DNA from: Dehalococcoidia bacterium
GTDB lineage: Bacteria > Chloroflexota > Dehalococcoidia > DSTF01 > RBG-16-68-14
Direction: 5' to 3'
Assembly: GCA_040882355.1 (NCBI GenBank)
Contig: JBBEBM010000053.1
Location: forward strand, 62,001 to 82,588
DNA length: 20,588 bases
This document shows, in pieces, positions 16,036-20,588 of the stretch. Position 1 is the stretch's first letter, and every line of letters starts with the position of its first letter. The position numbers and the translations under genes are program-made. The notes under the pieces are model-generated. The model ran no database searches, was not told where the DNA came from, and saw only the letters and a program-made list of their open reading frames with translations.

Positions 16036-17097
16036 ATGCTACGCCGACACTTCTCGCTCACAGCCCTGGCTGGCGCGGCGCTCGTCGCGCTTGCCGCCGT
16101 GTCCTGCACGGGCGACGACGGCGAGACGCTGGTCATCGCAGTCCAGCCGACGAGCACCGCCGAGGAGCTGAGCGCGGACGCGGGCGAAATCGAGGACTTC
16201 CTCGAAGGTCGGCTCGACGTGGACGTCGAGCTGAACTTTCCGACAACCTACGCCGGTGTGATCGAAGCGCTCCGCTTCGGACACGCGGACGCGGCGTTCT
16301 TGGGCGCGTGGCCCGCGGCCCTCGCGAAGCAGGAGGCGGATGCGGACGTCGCCCTGGCCGAGATCCGCGAGGTGCTCATCGGCGATGAGAAGCAGGAGCA
16401 GCCCTACTACTTCTCCTACTGGGTCGTCCCGGAGGATAGCCCGTACACCAGCCTGGAGCAACTCGAGGGGAAAGCTGTGGCGTTCCCGAGCCAGATCTCC
16501 ACGTCCGGCTACGTCGCGCCGATGGCGCGGCTCGTCGAGCTAGGACTGCTGCCCGCCGGCGAGCAGGCCGACCCGAACGACTTCTTCGGTGAGGTCTTCT
16601 TCGCGGGCGGCTACGCGCAGGGCTGGGAGGCGCTCCAGGCCGGACAGGTAGACGCCACGGTCATCGCAGGCGACGTGCCGGAGGACCTGTACAACGAGGT
16701 GCTCGCGAACACGAAGGTGATCGACCAGCAGGGACCGGTGCCCTCGCACGCCGTCGTCTTCAGCAAAGACCTCGAGGACCCGCTGCGATCGCAGTTGCGC
16801 GACGCGCTCATGGAGCTGGGACAGCCCGAGAACCGGGAGCTGATGCGGAAGTTCATCTCCGGCATCTTCGTCCGGTTCGAGGAGTCCACAACAGAGGAGC
16901 ATCTCGGCCAGCTCAACGCCTACCTGGAGGCGACAGGTCTCACCTTCGTCGAGGGCAGCCCCGGCGGCGCGCAGCCCATCGCCGACCCGGAGCCCGAGGC
17001 CGATCCAGAGCCGGAAGCGGATCCCGAACCCGAAGCCACCATCCAGCCAGAAGCTGATCCCGAGCCAGAAGCCGACCCGGAGCCCGAGGCCAACTGA
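16036..17097 (+). CDS. PhnD/transferrin-fold ABC substrate-binding lipoprotein with C-terminal ADPEPE repeats
   Basis: Lipobox AVSC; PTTYAGVIEAL, STSGY, GQVDA motifs of the PhnD family; adjacent ATPase and permease. Confidence 0.85.
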   Translation: MLRRHFSLTALAGAALVALAAVSCTGDDGETLVIAVQPTSTAEELSADAGEIEDFLEGRLDVDVELNFPTTYAGVIEALRFGHADAAFLGAWPAALAKQEADADVALAEIREVLIGDEKQEQPYYFSYWVVPEDSPYTSLEQLEGKAVAFPSQISTSGYVAPMARLVELGLLPAGEQADPNDFFGEVFFAGGYAQGWEALQAGQVDATVIAGDVPEDLYNEVLANTKVIDQQGPVPSHAVVFSKDLEDPLRSQLRDALMELGQPENRELMRKFISGIFVRFEESTTEEHLGQLNAYLEATGLTFVEGSPGGAQPIADPEPEADPEPEADPEPEATIQPEADPEPEADPEPEAN

Positions 17098-17102
17098 TCG
17101 CG

Positions 17103-17909
17103 ATGATGCGTGACGCAGCGATGCCAGACGTGAAGACAGCAGCGCCGCCCTACCTGATCGCGGCGCTCGCCCCGGCTGGCCAGCCGGCCGCGAACGGCCG
17201 TGAGCCCGCGCTCGTCGCGCGCGACCTCTGGTTCTCCTACGACGGCCGCGCTCACGCCGTACGCGGCGTCGACCTCGCCGTGCCGCACGGCGCCATGACG
17301 ATGGTGCTCGGACGCAGCGGTAGCGGCAAGACGACCCTGCTCAAGACACTCCACGGACTGCTCCACCCGCAACGGGGCTCCGTGACCGTGGGCGCGAACG
17401 GTGGCGGCCTGCGCCACCGTATCGCGTACGTCCCGCAGACGTTGGGGCTCGTGCGCAACACGAGCGCGCTGGAGAACGCGCTCACCGGCGCGCTGGCCCG
17501 GGTCGGCACGGTGCGCTCGCTGCTCCGGCTCTTCCCGAAGAGCACCGTCGAGCAGGCGAAAGGGACGCTCGCGAGCCTGGGCCTCGGCGACAAGCTCAAC
17601 AAGCAGGTGTACGCCCTCAGCGGAGGCGAGCGCCAGCGCGTCGCGATCGCGCGCGCGCTGATGCAGGAGCCGTCCGTGATCCTGGCCGACGAGTTCGTCT
17701 CGCAGCTCGACCCGGTGACGGCGGAAGAGATCCTGGACATGATGCGCCGGATCGCCGCGGACGGCGTTAGCTTCCTGATTACCACGCACGAGACCGACAT
17801 CGTCGCGAAGTACGCCGACCAGGTCATCGTGATGCGCGAAGGCGCCATCGTTCACGACAGTCGCGCAGCGGCGCTCACCGAGGCCGAGATGGTGGACTTG
17901 CTGCGATGA
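17103..17909 (+). CDS. PhnC-like ABC transporter ATP-binding protein
   Basis: GRSGSGKT, LSGGERQRVAIARAL, ILADEFVSQLDP, TTHE; exact start uncertain (17103/17106/17121). Confidence 0.92.
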   Translation: MMRDAAMPDVKTAAPPYLIAALAPAGQPAANGREPALVARDLWFSYDGRAHAVRGVDLAVPHGAMTMVLGRSGSGKTTLLKTLHGLLHPQRGSVTVGANGGGLRHRIAYVPQTLGLVRNTSALENALTGALARVGTVRSLLRLFPKSTVEQAKGTLASLGLGDKLNKQVYALSGGERQRVAIARALMQEPSVILADEFVSQLDPVTAEEILDMMRRIAADGVSFLITTHETDIVAKYADQVIVMREGAIVHDSRAAALTEAEMVDLLR

Positions 17910-18724
17910 CGTCGCGGCAGATCACGGGCCGCGTGGCGTTCCTGGCGGTTGTCGCCGCGTTCGTCGTCTCGCTCTACCGCTTGGAGCTGCTCGACCCGTC
18001 CGTGGTCTGGCCAGCGCTCCAACGGCTCGGCGAGTTCGTCACGGAGCTGTTCCCGCCGAACTGGGACGTGACACGGACGCTCCTGGGCGCGATGGGCGAG
18101 ACGCTTCAGATCGCCTTCGCCGGCACGCTGCTCGGCTTCCTCTTTTCACTGCCCCTCGCCATCCTGGCGACGCGCACGCTCTTCGGCGGCACGGTGACCA
18201 CAGCCGCGCGACTCGTGATGGGCGCCGTCCGCACCGTCCCATCGCTGCTCTGGGGGGTGATCTTCGTGATCGGCTTCGGGCTGGGCCCAGCGGCGGGCGC
18301 GCTTGGCGTCGCGCTCTACACCGTCGGCTACATGGGCAAGCTGCTCTACGAGGCGTTCGAGGCGGCCGACGCGGAGGTGGTCGAGGCGGTGCGCAGCGTG
18401 AGCGCGAATCGACTTCAGCTCTTCGCGTTCGCGGTGCTGCCGGAGTCGGCGAACGCGCTGATCAGCCAGCTCCTCTTCATGTTCGAGTACAACATCCGCG
18501 CCTCATCGATCATGGGCTTCGTGGGAGCCGGGGGGATCGGCTACTACATGCTGGGGTACATCCAGTTGCTGCAGTACGAGAACCTGATGACCGCCCTGAT
18601 CATCACGTTCGTCGTCGTGATGGCGATCGACTACCTGAGCGTGCGGCTGCGCTCGCTCATCCTCTCGCCTTCGCCCGCGAGCGCACCCAGCCCGTTCGCC
18701 GGGCTCGTGCCGTCAGTCGGGTAG
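17906..18724 (+). CDS. PhnE/PtxC-like ABC transporter permease
   Basis: LFPPNW, ETLQIAFAGT, RTVPSL, GKLLYEAFE, FEYNIRASSIMGFVGAGGIG; ATGA overlap with the ATPase. Confidence 0.92.
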   Translation: MTSRQITGRVAFLAVVAAFVVSLYRLELLDPSVVWPALQRLGEFVTELFPPNWDVTRTLLGAMGETLQIAFAGTLLGFLFSLPLAILATRTLFGGTVTTAARLVMGAVRTVPSLLWGVIFVIGFGLGPAAGALGVALYTVGYMGKLLYEAFEAADAEVVEAVRSVSANRLQLFAFAVLPESANALISQLLFMFEYNIRASSIMGFVGAGGIGYYMLGYIQLLQYENLMTALIITFVVVMAIDYLSVRLRSLILSPSPASAPSPFAGLVPSVG

Positions 18725-19891
18725 CAGCCGGACGAACACCTCGTTCGAAAGCAGGCGGCCTCGTTCAGTGAGGCGCAGCGAGCCACCGTCGATTTCGATA
18801 AGGCCCCACTCGAAGGGCTCCGCCAGCCGCTCGCCATACAGCTCCAACGCATCGACGCTGAAGCGCTCGCGGAACGCCGCGAGGCTGACGCCTTCCACGA
18901 GGCGCAGGCCGAGCACGAGCGTGTCGGACATCGCCAGCTCCGGCGTGACGGTCTCGCCCGAGACGACCTGGCGCATCGGCGTCTCGCCCCCGCCCGCTTC
19001 CGCCGCCCGCCACGATTCGTCGACGAGCGTCAGGTGCTGCTGCGGCAGCGCGGCGTTGGCGAAGCGCACGCCGTCCAGGTAGGAGTGCGCGCCCGCCCCC
19101 AGCGCCAGGTACTCGCGGCACTGCCAGTAGGTGAGGTTGTGGCGACAGCGACGTCTTGGCCGCGCCCAGTTCGAGATCTCGTAATGCTCGTAGCCGGCGC
19201 GCGCGAGGCGCTCCTGCGTCCACTCGTACTGGTCCGCCTGCATGTCGGGATCGGGCGCGGGCGTGCGGCCGCGGGCGACGTCGCGCGCGAGCGGCGTGCC
19301 GTCTTCGACCGTGAGCGCGTAGAGCGAGAGGTGCTCCGGACCGAGCGCCAGCGCCTGCTCGGCGCTCTCCTGCCAGCGCTCGATCGGCTGCTCCGGCAAG
19401 CCGAAGATCAGGTCGAGGTTGACGTTGTCGAAGCCAGCGGAACGCGCCGCCCCGAACGCCGCCTTCGCGTCGGCGCCGGTGTGGATGCGGTCGAGCGCGC
19501 GCAGCTCGTCGTCGTGGAAGCTCTGCACGCCGATGCTGAGCCGGTTGACGCCGAGATCGCGCAGCCCGCGCAGGTACTCCTCGTCGAGCGACCCCGGGTT
19601 CGACTCCACCGTCACCTCGGCGTCGGGAGCGAAGTCGAACGACTCGCGCAGGGCATCCATGATCGGGCGCATCTCGTTCAGCGGCGTCAGGCTGGGCGTG
19701 CCGCCGCCGAAGAACACCGTCGCGACAGGGCGCCCTTCGGTGGCGCTGCGCCACAGCTTCGCCTCGCGCACGAGGCCAACGGTGTACGAGGGGATCATGT
19801 GCTCGTGGCCGGCGTACGAGTTGAAGTCGCAGTAGCCGCACTTGGCGGTGCAGAACGGGATGTGGACGTAGATCGAGAGGGGTTCGAGCAT
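18713..19891 (-). CDS. hemW: Radical SAM heme chaperone HemW (HemN-like)
   Basis: YVHIPFCTAKCGYCDFN (CxxxCxxC), FFGGGTPS, RLSIGVQSF, YEISNW, HNLTYW (HNxxYW); start probably ATG 19891, alternative 19900. Confidence 0.93.
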   Translation of the reverse strand: MLEPLSIYVHIPFCTAKCGYCDFNSYAGHEHMIPSYTVGLVREAKLWRSATEGRPVATVFFGGGTPSLTPLNEMRPIMDALRESFDFAPDAEVTVESNPGSLDEEYLRGLRDLGVNRLSIGVQSFHDDELRALDRIHTGADAKAAFGAARSAGFDNVNLDLIFGLPEQPIERWQESAEQALALGPEHLSLYALTVEDGTPLARDVARGRTPAPDPDMQADQYEWTQERLARAGYEHYEISNWARPRRRCRHNLTYWQCREYLALGAGAHSYLDGVRFANAALPQQHLTLVDESWRAAEAGGGETPMRQVVSGETVTPELAMSDTLVLGLRLVEGVSLAAFRERFSVDALELYGERLAEPFEWGLIEIDGGSLRLTERGRLLSNEVFVRLLPD

Positions 19892-19935
19892 CAAGTTCAT
19901 GGTAGCATGGGCGATCCTCGCGGGCGGGAGCAGAC

Positions 19936-20116
19936 CGACGTTTGATTGACCAGTCCGTTTGGCAAAAGCGCCTTTCTCGCAGGACAGCCCTCGAAGCTAG
20001 CGGGGCGGCGCACTCCGGGCTGCGATTCTGAACCAGCCGTTTGATTGATCCCGATGTCGGGTGACACCCTTCGACAAGCCCTCGGCAGGCTCTCGCCCAG
20101 GCGAGTCTGCGACAGG
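19936..20116 (-). repeat. Inverted diverged copy of the 144-bp element plus the 50-bp palindromic repeat
   Basis: Reverse complement reads ...CCCGACATCGGGATCAATCAAACG...GAGAAAGGCGCTTTTGCCAAACGGACTGGTCAATCAAACGTC, aligning with 11433-11720; 20068-20116 matches 11257-11306. Confidence 0.88.
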
Positions 20117-20276
20117 ACGGCGCTCGCGCCCAGGCGGGTCTGCTTCCGGGCAGACCCGGAACCGGGCAGCCGACGCCAGGTTGTCGACGGTCAGGATAAG
20201 GCAGGGCGGGAACAGCGCCTACGGGAAGACGGCACGGGAAGGCCAGCAGCCGACCACGCGGCGCTATCATGGCCTC

Positions 20277-20414
20277 GTGTCCGATGCAGTCGTCGCGCGG
20301 GCGCCGCGCACCGGCGTCGCCGTGCCGGACGACTCCGAGTTCGACGCCTTCGCGTTCGAGGGCGCGCTGCCCGCGCTGGCGCGCAAGTTGACGAGGCGAC
20401 GGGCGGCCCGTTAG
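20277..20414 (+). CDS. Possible small protein (45 aa) or gene remnant
   Basis: GTG...TAG, MSDAVVARAPRTGVAVPDDSEFDAFAFEGALPALARKLTRRRAAR; strong GC3 bias; TATCAT 6 nt upstream. Confidence 0.35.
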   Translation: MSDAVVARAPRTGVAVPDDSEFDAFAFEGALPALARKLTRRRAAR

Positions 20415-20417
20415 ACT
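20388..20417 (+). promoter_or_regulatory. Putative sigma70 promoter for the tRNA pair
   Basis: TTGACG-N18-TAGACT, 14 nt upstream of tRNA-Val. Confidence 0.55.
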
Positions 20418-20431
20418 TCAGGTGCGTTTGG

Positions 20432-20507
20432 GGGCGATTAGCTCAGTGGCTAGAGCGCTTCCTTCACACGGAAGAAGTCGCAGGTTCGAGTCCTGCATCG
20501 CCCACCA
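20432..20507 (+). tRNA. tRNA-Val (anticodon CAC)
   Basis: Acceptor GGGCGAT/ATCGCCC-A-CCA; D arm TAGCTCAGTGG; anticodon arm CTTCC-TTCACAC-GGAAG; T arm GGTTCGAGTCC. Confidence 0.97.
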
Positions 20508-20515
20508 TGCTGCGC

Positions 20516-20588
20516 GCCGAAGTGGTGGAATGGTAGACACGCTGCGTTCAGGGCGCAGTGCTCGCAAGGGCGTGTGGGTTCAAATCCC
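20516..20588 (+). tRNA. tRNA-Leu (anticodon CAG), truncated by the window end
   Basis: GCCGAAGTGGTGGAATGGTAGACAC; anticodon arm CTGCG-TTCAGGG-CGCAG; long variable arm; GGTTCAAATCCC. Confidence 0.95.

Noticed and set aside
15471..17094. ADPEPE tracts as dipeptidyl-peptidase-processed propeptides (melittin-like), cut by the S9 peptidase in the window
   Set aside because: One tract follows a lipidated Cys and the other is C-terminal, so neither has a free N-terminus. The S9 enzyme lacks a signal peptide and lies ~13 kb away across a scaffold gap.
16036..18724. Assigning gene symbols phnD/phnC/phnE
   Set aside because: Family membership is clear, but the substrate is doubtful given the altered binding-site motifs, the operator and the absence of phosphonate catabolic genes.
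18713..18724. 12-bp convergent overlap of the permease and hemW 3' ends
   Set aside because: Short tail-to-tail overlaps are common; no further signal.
20432..20588. tRNA-anchored genomic island or prophage
   Set aside because: No integrase and no duplicated tRNA 3' end seen in the window; an island would lie beyond the right edge.

Overview
GC-rich bacterial chromosome segment, probably Chloroflexota/Dehalococcoidia-like (inferred from the MutS sequence style and gene content), with one 10-N scaffold gap at 3729-3738. From left to right it encodes: a truncated GMC oxidoreductase, S9 peptidase, thiolase, ferritin-like/VIT1 metal transporter, AK-like P-loop kinase, HSL-type esterase, a lower-GC PD-(D/E)XK nuclease-like gene, mutS, UbiA-family (DPPR synthase-like) transferase, universal stress protein, nitroreductase, degenerate GGDEF protein, degenerate DUF151/BFN protein, cupredoxin lipoprotein, PhnD/C/E-like ABC transporter, hemW, tRNA-Val(CAC) and a partial tRNA-Leu(CAG). 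The best candidate for an undescribed system is 14847-18724. There, two sigma70 promoters each carry an identically placed TTAG-N6-CTAA (DtxR/MntR-like) palindrome over the -10. They lie upstream of a type-1 copper lipoprotein and a 'phosphonate' ABC transporter whose binding protein has transferrin-like Tyr/Tyr/His motifs (VPSHAVV). Both lipoproteins share an acidic ADPEPE repeat. The inference is an iron/metal uptake system that would be misannotated as phnCDE. The second theme is repeat-rich intergenic DNA: REP-like palindromes, heptamer repeats, 130/157/144-bp tandem duplications, and a CGGAT motif. That motif flanks the nuclease gene in inverted orientation and supplies its start codon, and it also supplies the mutS stop codon; the mutS 3' end is present in three versions. 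All family assignments are from motif recognition by eye; no database searches were run.
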